Positions 38,701-50,965 of a stretch of DNA of 64,000 bases are shown here, piece after piece. Position numbers and translations under genes: made by a program. Positions within the stretch are counted from its first letter, which is position 1. Each line of letters starts with the position of its first letter. Under the pieces are notes generated by a model. That model did no database searches. It was not told where the DNA came from and saw nothing but the letters and a program-made list of their open reading frames with translations. Source of the DNA: Antedon mediterranea. Its lineage: Eukaryota; Animalia; Echinodermata. Location of the stretch: assembly GCF_964355755.1 (NCBI RefSeq), contig NC_092672.1, positions 33,176,437 through 33,240,436 of the forward strand, written 5' to 3'.

Positions 38701-41700
38701 AAGGAAATCACTTAAAATTAAAAAAAAAAAGTATTAATTATATCCCTTCAGAGAAATTCTTAAATATTTATGGACTTAAGCGAAATACTTAAAAATGTGA
38801 TTGGTCCAAATAGTGGTTCTTAATTAGAAGCATTTTAATTTAAATTTTACTACAAAAAACACAATGAACATTATTAAATATTACACAATGTGTCATTGCA
38901 ATAGACGAGAATATTTGATTAGATTCTTCGTCTGAACCCAATGATATCTAATTAGTCATGCCTTAACGATCTCATTAAAATGAAATTCTCAGACTAATTA
39001 AATCAGTTTCAAGCAAGCAGTAAAATAGTATCATTATTAAGGGGTTTTCCTTGTGTGTAAAACCCATCCTTTGGGAATGAGAGAACACCTGCATTCAGGG
39101 GAAAACTTCTAAGTGGACCTTTTGTTTGATCATCATATGGGTTCAGTCAGGAAAGAGTGAAATTTATATAGTTTCACTCTTCCCTGGGTTCAGTACTGTA
39201 TTTAATTTAAATCAAATATAATTGTTTTATTTTTAGCTTCCAAGAAAATAATTCATTTGAACAAATGTGTACATTTTTCATAGATACTGTACACTAAAAC
39301 ACTTAAAATGTGTTTTTGATAAATAAAAAGAAAAAAAATACACACATACACATACAGTTGGGTCATAATATAAATATATATAATCTAATTTCTTATCTTG
39401 CTGCTAAGAAAATTATCTGCACCAAATTGTTAATTTTTCGAAATGGGAAAAATGTTTTGGGAAAAACCAAGTAGAAAATGAATGTACACATGTGTAAAAT
39501 AACTATGAAGAACCTTGACAATATTAGTGACGAAGCATGTGATACTGGGTTAATTATGCATAAATTATTCCTTTAAATCAATAAATTATTGACGCAGTAC
39601 AGAGCTTCAATAGTAATGTAATATTGGAAGTTAGTTTGTCACCTTGCGTAAACGACGATGTCATCACAGAATATATTTTGAAAATAAATATTACATTTCA
39701 TGAAACAAAACAATGTCGATACAAAGCGCTTTCTTGGGAAAAACTCACAAAAATAATTCAGAATATATTTCGAAAACAAATATTGCATGTGATGAAACAA
39801 AACAATGTCGATAGCAAAACAATATGTTTTCTTGGGATAAACCCACAAAAATAATTCAAAATATCTTTTCAAAATAAATATTGTGTTGAAATAAAACAAT
39901 GTTGATAGCCAAATATACAGTTTTCTTGGGATAAACCCACAAAAATAATTAAAAATATCTGTTCAAAATAAATACTGTATTGCATGTGATGAAATAAAAC
40001 AAGTCGATAGCGAAATAGAGCGTTTTCTTGAGATAAACCCACAAAAATAATTTAAAATATCTTTTCAAACTAAATATTGCAATATGTTGAAATAAAACAA
40101 TGTTTTTATAGCAAAATAGAGCGTTTTCTGATATTTTTAAAGTAAATATTGCATGTGTCGAAATATTGAGTGTGTCATATGCTTTACTGGGATAAAAGAA
40201 TCCAAAACATATTGTAAAAATAAATAAGTTGAAACCAAACAATTCATAGAATTTTATTCTTGCGTATTCCTGGGACAAACCAGAGATAATAAATTTGATA
40301 TAACAATACAAAATAATTTAATAATTGAAAAAATTCATCTCCTTCCCAAAATATTTTTGAAATCAAATTTTCGTTTTTAGTGAAGGTGAAGATAAACGTT
40401 GAACTTGCCAACGTTTCGTGCGTTAGCATCGCACTTTTTCTTAATAATGTCGAAATGTTTTTTGTTTGTTAAACATGGACATTTGTTTTACTTTTTTTTA
40501 TTAAACCAGGGTACTGTAAAACAGAAAATGCCATGTAGTAATTTAATATTGACACATACAGTACACAAGAAAATGTTCATGTCTGGAAAAATATTTTGAT
40601 TAAAATTTAATATTGTATGTAAAAATTTGACATGACTAGTTTGGAAAATGACATTTTGTGAATAATATTCCAATAGGTCTATAATTTATGGTAGAATTTA
40701 TGATTGATCTGAAAGATGTATTTGAAAGTAGCTTAAATGGCTCAATAGATTATTTTCTGTGATAAAGACATATATTTAAGATAAAAAAGATAGATTTTTT
40801 AAATAAATTCAATTTTTTTTTCATCACATTAGAATACAATTGTATATTATCAGATTATTAATTCTATAATTAAATATTCAAATATTGTTGACAATAAATT
40901 ATAACTCATTTATAATAAAAATATATTAATTTATAATAACACCTTTGCTAAAATAAATATAAATGGAATAAATTAAATGGAATATTGTTAGTCATTAGTA
41001 ATACTAATATAATGATTTTGAAATTAATAACTTATTTTATGGAATTCCACGACCAAAAGAATTTCTCAGACTGAGATAATAAATATTTAAAGATTGAATT
41101 TAAATTATTATAAACAATTATCATAAATATATAGCATAATATTGTTGACATTATGCAAGTTCGTTCCTGCATTAACATGAATTATGGGTATATTAGATAT
41201 TTACAAATTAGGTTACACATGCATACAGTATTAGTCTCTGTGAGTCATAATTTGTGGAAAAGTGATGATAATTATTTAACCTAAAAGCTGTTAACGAGCG
41301 AAGAAAATGAGAGATGATGATATCCGAGGTAATTGGCTAGGTGTGCGATTACAAGCCCATAGCTAGGATTACAAGCCCATAGCTAGGATTACAAGCCCAT
41401 AGCTAGGGTTACGAGCCCATAGCTAGGATGGACTGATACGCAGAAGGAGAACTTCCTTCTCCCACATCCTGGCTGGCTAGGAAGGATTGATACACAGAAT
41501 GGGAACTTCCTTCTCCCACATCCTGGCTGGCTAGGAAGGATTGCAAAATTATCACAAGCTATGATAGTTGGCCATATTTTAATACTATCCATTCTATTGC
41601 TACATTAAGAAAAAATGGTTCACATGCTCTATACAGATTGATCTCCTGGCTATGGGTTTGGATTAGCAACCAAAGTAGACCTTAATAGGGGATTATTATT

Positions 41701-44700
41701 ATCCATAATATCCAGTTGCATAGGCCTAATATTTAGCCATGACCACTGAGCAATCCTAATTTTCTACCTTTATAAATGATGGGCTAAATTATAATTTATA
41801 TATCCACGTTTTGGTGGTGGTTGTGAAAGATAATTGAAATGTTTCAAAACTAAACTTAGTGAGACCAAGTGTTAAATTCAAATTCATAACCATACCACTG
41901 TTAATCCATACACCTGGCATATCCGCATTAAAGCAATGGAAATATTTAATTAATACTAAATAGAAAAAAAAAAGAAATAATTGCTAAACTCGACACGCTA
42001 TATCCCACATGCTGAGTTATAGCATTGTGTAATTGTCTAATTTTCTTTTCTTCTATAGCATACTGTATTTAAAGGCATCATTCAAATATAATTTTATAAT
42101 AATACTGTACTAGAAAATATATATTATTCAATTTTCTGTGGTGGAAAAAAACGCTTAACAAGTGAATGGCTATTGGCTATACATTAGAATGAAAATGACA
42201 CTAATTTGCATAAATAATATATGTTATGGATGCCAAAGGCCCTCTATGAAAAAAATGTAGAGCTGTCTATTCCAATTGACTAGGCAATTATTCTTGGTAG
42301 ATGATTAATTATATTTAAGACCTTTGCCCAGAAACTGTTTATTATATATATAGGAAAATATGCAGGTGGTACTAATTTGCATAAATTATATAAATTGGGT
42401 TTATGCCAAAGGTTGTCTATGGGTTACATAGATTTGTTTTTCTTTGTTGAGGTATTTTATATAGATTAACATTTAAAAAGACGATTTAATAGTTATGCAA
42501 TCGTTTCAAAATGTGGGTTGTTAATAGTCATAATTTGCATAAACCTACATATTGATATATTAGGAATCATCTATAGATGGAGGCTATAATTTAGGTACAG
42601 ACATTTTACATTAAGATGATGAATTATAGTCATACAGTAATTAACATATTCATGACATTTTGACTGAAATGTGGGTCGCAATTGGCCGATAACGAGCGAA
42701 GCAGGACGTACCAATTTCACTGAAATGCATGCGATCAACAGAGAAAGTACGGATACAGATTCTCTATATATAATTAAAAACTTTTTGTCTAAAATTGTTA
42801 TTTTGATAGCAGCTAATTTAAATTTGTAGGATTTATCCAATAAAAATGCACATACAAGATGAGTCAAATGCTATTTTAAAATATTCCTTTCATTTTGATT
42901 AGATGTTATATAATATTATAATTGTATGAAGTTTAATGATAGATGGATAGGCGTGTGCATTCAAGCATGCAATTCTCATGAATATTCATGATGCATTATG
43001 GTTGGGTTGCTGGAGGAAAGATGGAAGGTGTTTTCAGCGATATGCCCACAATACAAATGACGTTAAATGAAGACATGGTTGTATACTCCATGATGCGGTG
43101 ATGGTTTAAAAATGATGATTTAATGCTCTCTAGCACTCTAGAGTGAATACTGCCTGCTAATTGTTTTAATATGACTTCAATGCAGTGAGCTTTGGGTGTA
43201 TTTCTGGCATAAAATAATGCGCATAAATCAACCGTAATAAAAGAAAGTAAATTTAAGAATTTCAATACATTTACAGTATGAAAAAACAACGTAAATCAAA
43301 TTAAATTTTACACGATGCTCATAAATTTAAATTTTCGCGTCAACAAAAAATTGAAATGAATAAGTTTAAAAATATATGTTTCTTTAAATTTCTGTACTCC
43401 CCTCACATTTTACATTAGCAAACACTTATTTATATTATTATCTTATTTAATGGTTAATAAGAAAATACATATTTTTACAATATAAATTACTTATATAATT
43501 TTTTTTAGTTAGTCAGTATTATGGGTAGAGTAAATTATTAATTAATGTTGATGATAATGATTAAAATGATGGTGTAGATGAGAATGAGAGATGATGAAAA
43601 ATATGCTGATGATGATAATAATAACAATTAAGATGATGATGCTGATGATAATGATGATGATAAAAATTATAACAATTAAGATGATGAAAATGATGATGAT
43701 GATGATGATGATGAACATGGTGAATGATAATAGTATTAGTAAAGATGATGAAAATGATAAAGATCAAAATGATATGAAGATAATAATAATAGATATTTAA
43801 TAATGATAATGGTTATGATAATGACAATTGATACTAAGCATTAATGCTGTTAAAATATTAATTATTTTATGATAATATTAAAGATGCAGTTATGAATTAC
43901 TAAATCTAATGTAAAACAAACAATATTGTTGACGTAACAATGGGTTAAAATCAATTTAAAACTACTCTAAAACCAATTAGGCTAAAGACTATAAAGTATG
44001 ATATGATTATAATGATTAATATTGCATAATAAGAATTATGGTTGTTATTTACTTTCAAATTAAATATCATCAATAAATATTGGACAACAATAACACTTTA
44101 AATTAAACTCTATATTATTTAATATTGATTAGGTAATCAATAGTATTGTACAACTATAACATTTGACCCCAAAGCACTGTATGTATTAAAACAAATATAT
44201 CTAAAAACTAAAAAAAAAATATGTAAATTTGATTCATTAAACAATGGCAAATAAAAAGTTAATAACCAAATCAAAACATTTAAAAGATGCGCATATTATC
44301 GTTTCGTTATATTGCATTTGGTAATTTGTATTGGTTAATTGAGTTGACTTTTTAAAGGCATGCAAAAACAGCCAGTGGTGGCCTTACTGTCTATATCGAT
44401 AATGGCGCTATCGTTCGTGGTGTTCGACGTCAAATCTGCTCCTGGGTTTTCAAAAAAACGAAATGGAAGACAAATAAGAATGAGTGGAAAGAAATAGGTT
44501 AGTAGAAAAGACGGATAAAAAGAATTGTTACAAACATTTTTATCACACAAAGTTGATTTTAAAATGTCTTAGTACAACTATTAGAGGGAGTATTAATATT
44601 ATAATCTCTTTGGACGAGAACTAGATAAAACATATTTGATGTGCAGAAGAAATAAAGAAGTATTAGTATTAAGTTTATAAATAAATTCAAAAAACATAAA

Positions 44701-47700
44701 TAAAACAGTAGGCGTATTCTACTGGTCATTCCACAGCACCTCGCAGCGATTTACAGTACTCCCACTGCTCGCATTATAAACAGCGAAGAGTTTAAGAAGT
44801 TGAGCTGCTGATTATCTGCTCAAAAACAACAGTCCAATACGTCTACTATCGAAAGTAAATTTTGAAATAAATATAGAGTGAAAAATAGAATGTCAAGATA
44901 TTTTGAAAAAATGAAATTAAAAAAATACTAGATAACTTTCAAGAAATTAAATTTTTAATTCTCTGTGGTATTTTATATTTCTATGGATTTTCATTTATAA
45001 TATTATTATGCTTAAATAATAAAAAATATAGAACTGAATATGACACCACATATGTTGCATTTTATTGCCAGACCATGTTGTAATAGAAACTCGAGTCACA
45101 TAGAACCATAATTGTAACGACCCTCAGAGGATTCGGACCTGTCATCTTACGAGTGTCAATCCAATGAAAGCGAATTATAAAAGCCAGCTGAGCCACGATT
45201 TTATCAGCCTTCTGGGTCTTAATTGAATCAATATCCAACAAGCAACAATATTTGCGAGATCGTTCTAAGTATTTGCGAGATTGTCATCAATATTTGCGAG
45301 ATGGTATCAATTGATGCAATCTGCATAGGATTGGATAAATGTCTATCCATTTATGGCGATTAGTGATGCTACATGGACATCTGAAAAAGTAGGTATCACT
45401 TGCATGAAAAAATAGTTTGTACTTTAGAGTGATACTAAAATTTTACCGATGGAAACTTTCCTGTGATCTCGGTAAAATCTGTCTATAATTTAGTCCAGTG
45501 AGAATAAGGCTTAAACGTCTAAATAACAGGTATAGTAAAATTAAAATCCAGTTCTAGCATTTTGAAATTGAGGGAGGGATATGGGGTGGGCAACAAAAAT
45601 TCCATTGAAAAATCCGGCTGACATCATGTTTTATAATACTAGATATAAGATGGATCAAACCTAGGGGGGGGGGGGGGGGACTCATCTCCTGTTAAACAGC
45701 TTTTCATAATCTAGGCCTAAAATTGTGTATACAATGGTTATACATACTGTATTAACTGGGGGTCAACTGGGGGTCAACTGAGAGTAAATTTTTATGGAGA
45801 CAAAATAAATAAAATGAAATGAACTGGAGGGTACCTACAGTACTTTAACCAATTATGGTTGCTGGCTTAATAGCATTAAGCATTTTAATCACAAAAGTTA
45901 TTATTAACAAACACATTTATTTATCAAACATACCCAAACAAAAAAAAGAAATAAATTAAAAGAAAAAAAAGAAAATTGTTTATAAACAGATTATCATTTT
46001 GTAATCAAACATACTAAAAAAGAATAACAGAAAAACAAAATGTGATATTTCAAAAAAATGTTTTGCGCAAAAAAAATAACAACCTTTAAAGGTTTCTTTG
46101 GCTAGATAATGTATTAGATGAGTTAAAAGAATAATATTGGACTAAAGCACTTAATTCTACATCGATATTACTTGTGTAGCAGATTGACGTTAAACGAGAA
46201 ATGCAATAATTATTTCTGCCAAATCCAATCAATTTCTTATCGCCATGTTTGACCGTTTGAAACTAGAAGATGCTCGGAACGAGAGCCCTTGTTATTGGTT
46301 TTTTTGTAATCAACATTTGTTATTCGTAGTACCAGCAGGTGAAATAAAGATGAACTGTAACTAATATAAAATTGTTATTCTATAAAATGAATATTCATTT
46401 AACTAATATTTATTGTAACATTTTGTTTGCGTTCTATTGTTTTGTAGTTTTCTGTAATGTTTGTTCCGACATTGAATCAATCCTTAAATGTTTAATTAAA
46501 TTTTTATTCTATAAAATGAAAATTCATAGAAATTATTTATTGTATCCAGACAATCTCTAACATTTTGTTTATACTCTCTATTGTTTTGTATTTTTCTGTA
46601 ATATTTATTCCGACATTGAATAAATCATTTAATCTGTAACAAAATTTGTATTCTCTAAAATGATATTGATGTGTCTGTATATTATTATTTATATTTTACA
46701 GCATTTTTATTCGCTAAAATTAATTACAATTATATTTCTAACCAATTTGAATATTTTACTGTATACAATTGTATAACAGAGAATTATTATTATTTTTTTT
46801 TTATTTGTTTGATATACAATAAATATAATACAGAAAAATGTGAGAAAAAGTTATTATTAATATTATTATATATAACTTCAATTTCTTCCTTCCTGAAGAT
46901 AAACATAAAATTAAGTTTGAAATAGAATCATTTTGATTTGGTTCGCTTTTGACAATCCCCGGCATTTTGTGTTCTTTCTATTGTTTTGTAATTTGTATGC
47001 CGGAATTGAATAAATCATTAAATCAAATAATAATCGCCTTCCTCACTTTTTTCAGAGTTTGTTTTATATTATCATAAGTTGATTATATTGTTCCATTTTG
47101 AGTGCTAGGCATACTATTGAACTTTATGAGTCAATTTAAACATACTATTTAATACCTACCAGTGCAATATACTTTACATTAGCTATATATACTTTACAAT
47201 AATACAGAGGCTATTCACCTGCAAATACCTACAGTAAGGGACCATATCAAAATTATTCTACTGTACTAGAATAATTTTCTGACATGATCCCTAATGCTTT
47301 GTTCCCACTTGAATGCAACGCAATGACGTAAGCGCACCTCAAGTAGTTTGACCAATCATGGACACGATGGATCATCAAACCCGTCACTGTGATTGGTCAA
47401 CCCATTTCTGTTGCGTCTACATCATTGCGTCGTTTCTGAGTGGAGAAGACCAAGTTTAATAGATTCTTCATTGCTACCTTGTAAACAAATCAAAACATAG
47501 AAACTCAACTCAATTTTAAAAATGTGATCTCACCTTCGGCATCTGAATAACACAATATTGTTTCTTTAACGTCTTTTGACGGACCGTGCTTCATCCACGT
47601 GGTGATACTGAACGTACTGGTTAAGTTCTTTGGAACAAACTTGTCTGGGATGGACACGTGGCTATCTTCGCCGTCAAACTTGTACACTTGTGTGTTCTCA

Positions 47701-50700
47701 TGTCCGTCATCGGTTTGGAGATCTTCAGTCCATTTCTCGCCGACATTAGGGGTTGGTAGTAAGTCCACAATCTCATCTGGTGCATCTGTTAAAGAGAGAA
47801 TTTTAAATTAGTATCAATATTTTTATTTATCATGATAAACATCTAAAGTATTTTACTAGTCAACTAAAAAATAGGCTTGTTATTTCAAACAAAGGCTTAA
47901 TTCAAATTCTCCTTTTACAAGCCCATGGGGGTTCTGTATTGTAGCCATAAGTCAATGGGAAACTACAGTTATAATATATCTACATGTTCCATTAAACAAT
48001 TATCAAGAGGATGTATCCAACGAATAAAAATTAATGACAAATATACAGTATTTTAATTAAAGAATATCGTATAATGACAACAATACATAAATCAATCTAA
48101 GTTATTAACAATGTATATCATATCCTGTTTATAATGGATTAAAAACCAGATTTCACTTCAAATATTAATTTTTTTTTAAATTTTTTAAACATGAATGCAC
48201 ATTTAGCTTATCATAGATAAAAAAAACATTATTAAAAACCAGATTCCACTCCAAATAATAATTGAAAATTGTTTATAATAGTAGTATAGGCCTATAATAT
48301 AATATATGAATGCACATTTTAATCGTATCATAGATAATAAAATCACCAATATTCTTGAATAATTAATGCTACGTCCTGGCTTATGCACATGGGAAATAGG
48401 AACACAAAACATGTGCAAAAAATGACATGTAAAGAATAGAGTCAGGTAGTCATATATTAAACAGGAATGATGTTTTGTATTCAAGCAGCTGGCATGATCC
48501 GTAAACATTATGATAAGAGTGGACGGTCAAGTTAATATGGCACGGCAATGAGTAATGCCACGACGACGTGACAGCTTTGCATAATTAACATTAATTAGCA
48601 TGTTCAGATTACATTAAGAATACACTGAATGTAATAAAACATTGAACATAGGAACAACCATTTGTGATGTTTAATATACCGTATAAAATCAATTTGAATT
48701 TTACTTTTAGATTTTTGAGGATTAGACTTTATGTATGCACAAATATTAAACCAGATTATTATATATAATTATATATTATTAAATCTTGTTAGGCTTTCTA
48801 GAACCAGGATTTAGTTGTCTTTAACTGATTCGGCCATACTGCGTTGAAATACGGCCATACTGCGTTGAAACACCGGTTCTCGTCAGATCACCGAAGTTAA
48901 GCAACGTTGGGCCTGGTTGAGTTCTGGATGGGAGACCGTCTAGAAATCGCGGCGGGTGCTGTATATACTGGAGAGTGATGGTGTAATGGTAATATCGGAC
49001 TAGCATGTGATAGGCATGGGTTGGAGGTTATCTGTACCATACTAATTGCATCCTTAGGCAAGGTGCTTTATTCTCATTGCCTCGTCCTTCGGATGGGATG
49101 TAAAGCCGTTGGTCCCGTGTACTTAACAGTGCACGTTAAAGAACTTGGTACACTATTCGAAAAGAGTAGGGGATCGTCTCCCGGTGTGCTGATCTGGTAG
49201 GCGCTGCACTGCTGGCTGCCGTGGGTCCGTGGAGGGCCTAATCCGAATTTCCTCAGTTTCCAGTTAAGCTTGAGGACAAATATGAATACCTTTACCTTTA
49301 CCTTTATTCTCTGTACCGTCTCCAAATATGGGGCATACTACAGTATTGTAGTAGTGGCATTGTGGCTTGACAGTTTCTTACCAATCCCAGAATCGTTTGT
49401 TCAAATCCTGTCACATTCCAAGATTGTTATAACCAAGATTGCCAATACAGCATCACTGCTTTCACCTCTGTCTACACTATCAAACTTTATGAAAATGTGA
49501 TGTGCCCATATATGGACATGATGATGTCATATCACTACCATATTTGGGTATATCACTACCATATTTGGGCACATCACACTTTTTTGGGCAAACTAGTGTC
49601 AAGATAGTGTCGACAGAGCTTAATTCTCATATGAGACTTGGTTGAGAGGGCATGGGTTTACCATCTATCAAGTAATGTATTTGTTGTGGGATGTTGTAAA
49701 AATTTTGTGAATCAATTTTACCAACTTATTTATTACTGTGCAATATACTTACTACACATTTGACGTTGCGCCGCTACGGAATACGTATCTCTGTCGCATC
49801 CCATTACAATGTGGTCGGTGTCAAGGTCGAAGGTCATGCTAATAGAGCTGGAATTGCATTTTGATGGAGCACAGAGTTCCAGAAAACTCTTTGGTCCAAT
49901 GATGTGATTGTCACTGTTTGGCATGTATTCAATGCGCTTTGAAATACCTAATATAGTAATACAAAAAAAAAGATTGATAGATTATTTGGGTGTAAAAAAT
50001 GTCTGAGATTCAAATATACAGAAGTAGAACGCAATGTATGTCGATTGAATAGGTGTAAAAATGTGTTACCATTTGAAATAAAATAATTAAGTTTAGGAGA
50101 AAAATTAGAAGATTCCCAAATACAGTATGAATAAACTTCCACATATATGAATGAAGTTTGTACGATGGAGGTAGACAAATTCTCGAAGTGTACTAACAGT
50201 AGGCGTCTACAGTAGTATCAAAATTGTCTTATACCGGAGAGTTTGTTTATATGCATGAGATATGGTATTTGCAACAATATGTAATAGAATTTAAAGTATC
50301 TGCCTCTGTATAATATTTAACACTACTATAATCCAAAGTCAATAATTTTACACATATTTCACATATCACTGTCAATTTTGTCACCTGTTGCTTTCCATAT
50401 TGTAGTATGTAACTAAACATTTAAAAATAGTTTGTGGATTTACTGTATGTCTAACACAAATATTGTGTACGCAGGTCTATAAGATTGTAATCATATTAAC
50501 TTTACCCCAGCTGCAGTGCATTAATTGCACCCCTTTTTTTGCTGTGGAGCTTATTCAACTGGGCCGCTTTTTCTTCTTTCACCACCGTGGAACTGTCACC
50601 GCAGTGTAGTACCACTTTTTCTACTAGGTGCGTATTTAATAGAACTGCTTTTATCTACAGCTGTGCTTTTTAAATCACACTGCTTCTTCCTTTATGCTTA

Positions 50701-50965
50701 TGAGCACATCCCTTTTTTTCACCACTTTTTTTGTTTGGCCGCTTTTTATACCATGACTGTGTTTATTTGACTGAAGCACATATTTGATCATACAGTATTC
50801 GTAATTCTCGTTTTATACCTTTAATTCCTTGTGTACACAGACGGTTAACAGTGACCGTAACCGTGACAGCGTCACTCTTCTTGTTCCCGCAATCGTAAGC
50901 AGCGACTGAGAACACGTGTGAAGCTACGTTGCTTGGGTCTAATGGTTTAGTTGATGATATCATTC
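23782..50965 (-). CDS. CLSTN1: Calsyntenin (cadherin-LamG type I membrane protein), 5'-partial
   Basis: Exons 50819-50965 (cadherin end VAAYDCGNKKS), 49753-49947, 47534-47785, 38118-38290 (MNRHHLSLYIHNCRLVLLLR..AEWRWKL.EVCDKEWHHYV), 37632-37743, 36247-36437, 35563-35675 (IGYINERQYPTPG), 34579-34775, 33698-33865, 33188-33327 (CTELNGRYVSNE), 31949-32150, 24983-25146 (TM, MEWDDMSLNITINPM), 23782-23940 (acidic stretch, LEWDD). Two kinesin light chain-binding WD motifs are present. The symbol denotes the family; paralog assignment is not possible. Confidence 0.93.
23960..24050 (-). mobile_element. SINE 3' end (same family as 58524-58760)
   Basis: Shares CCTGTAATTGGCGAGTTACTCGCT...GTATGAAATAAA with 58690-58740. 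Confidence 0.7.
25428..25674. mobile_element. Degenerate hAT-like MITE
   Basis: CAGGGTT...AACCCTG termini and subterminal GTGGTGGTC/GACCACCAC repeats; TSD only partly preserved. Confidence 0.45.
27612..27880. repeat. 19-bp minisatellite (CACAGTGGCAGAAACACCA)n
   Basis: About 14 tandem copies; explains the repetitive ORFs in four frames. Confidence 0.95.
27940..28030 (-). mobile_element. tRNA-derived SINE head fragment
   Basis: Minus strand TGTGGTCTAGAGG (A-box-like)...GGTTCGAATC (B box); no intact acceptor stem. Confidence 0.55.
28439..28852. repeat. ~207-bp direct tandem duplication
   Basis: Two near-identical units starting AAATTAATTTGACATAT at about 28439 and 28646. Confidence 0.9.
34228..34525. 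repeat. 33-bp minisatellite (ACCTAGTGTATCTTTCAGAAGGTTAGGGGGTTA)n
   Basis: About 9 tandem copies, degenerating towards both ends. Confidence 0.92.
35730..36225. repeat. Polypurine/polypyrimidine low-complexity tract filling a calsyntenin intron
   Basis: Almost pure G/A on the + strand; source of the spurious Phe/Ser/Leu-rich ORFs. Confidence 0.9.
36529..36695. mobile_element. Small MITE (Harbinger-like termini)
   Basis: AGGCCATTTTACACAAGTGGTAA ... TTACCGCTTGTAAATTGGCCT imperfect inverted repeats. Confidence 0.6.
39665..40135. repeat. Degenerate ~95-bp tandem repeat (~5 copies)
   Basis: Recurrent AAATAAATATTGCATGTGATGAAACAAAACAATGTCGATAGC...TTCTTGGGATAAACCCACAAAAATAATT. Confidence 0.85.
41335..41545. 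repeat. 21-bp tandem repeat (GATTACAAGCCCATAGCTAG-type) followed by a ~56-bp duplication
   Basis: About 4 short copies, then GAACTTCCTTCTCCCACATCCTGGCTGGCTAGGAAGGATTG twice. Confidence 0.85.
43545..43830. repeat. Degenerate (ATG/ATA)n microsatellite
   Basis: Runs of ATGATGATG; source of the poly-Met and poly-His ORFs. Confidence 0.9.
44388..44441 (-). CDS. Candidate 54-nt alternative cassette exon of calsyntenin
   Basis: Long polypyrimidine tract + CAG acceptor, GTAAG donor, phase 1-1, open frame GADLTSNTTNDSAIIDID. Confidence 0.5.
48828..49306 (+). mobile_element. 5S rRNA-derived composite SINE (5S head + tRNA-like segment + Deu/Nin domain + (ACCTTT)n tail)
   Basis: 48848-48963 resembles 5S rRNA (TACGGCCATAC...CACCGGTTCTCGTC.GATCACCGAAGTTAAGCAACG...GGATGGGAGACCG). 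49090-49190 resembles the Deu/Nin core (GGATGGGATGTAAAGCCG.TGGTCCC...CACGTTAAAGAAC...CACTATTCGAAAAGAGTAGGGG...CCCGGTGT). Ends in a short tandem tail. Confidence 0.85.

Noticed and set aside
42712-42719. 8-nt candidate microexon with upstream TGC motif
   Set aside because: Not frame-preserving, and no compensating exon could be supported.
43561-43800. Poly-His / poly-Met ORFs
   Set aside because: (ATG)n microsatellite.
48848-48963. Functional 5S rRNA gene
   Set aside because: Diverged 3' half, no oligo-T terminator, duplicated 5' end, and it continues into a SINE body.
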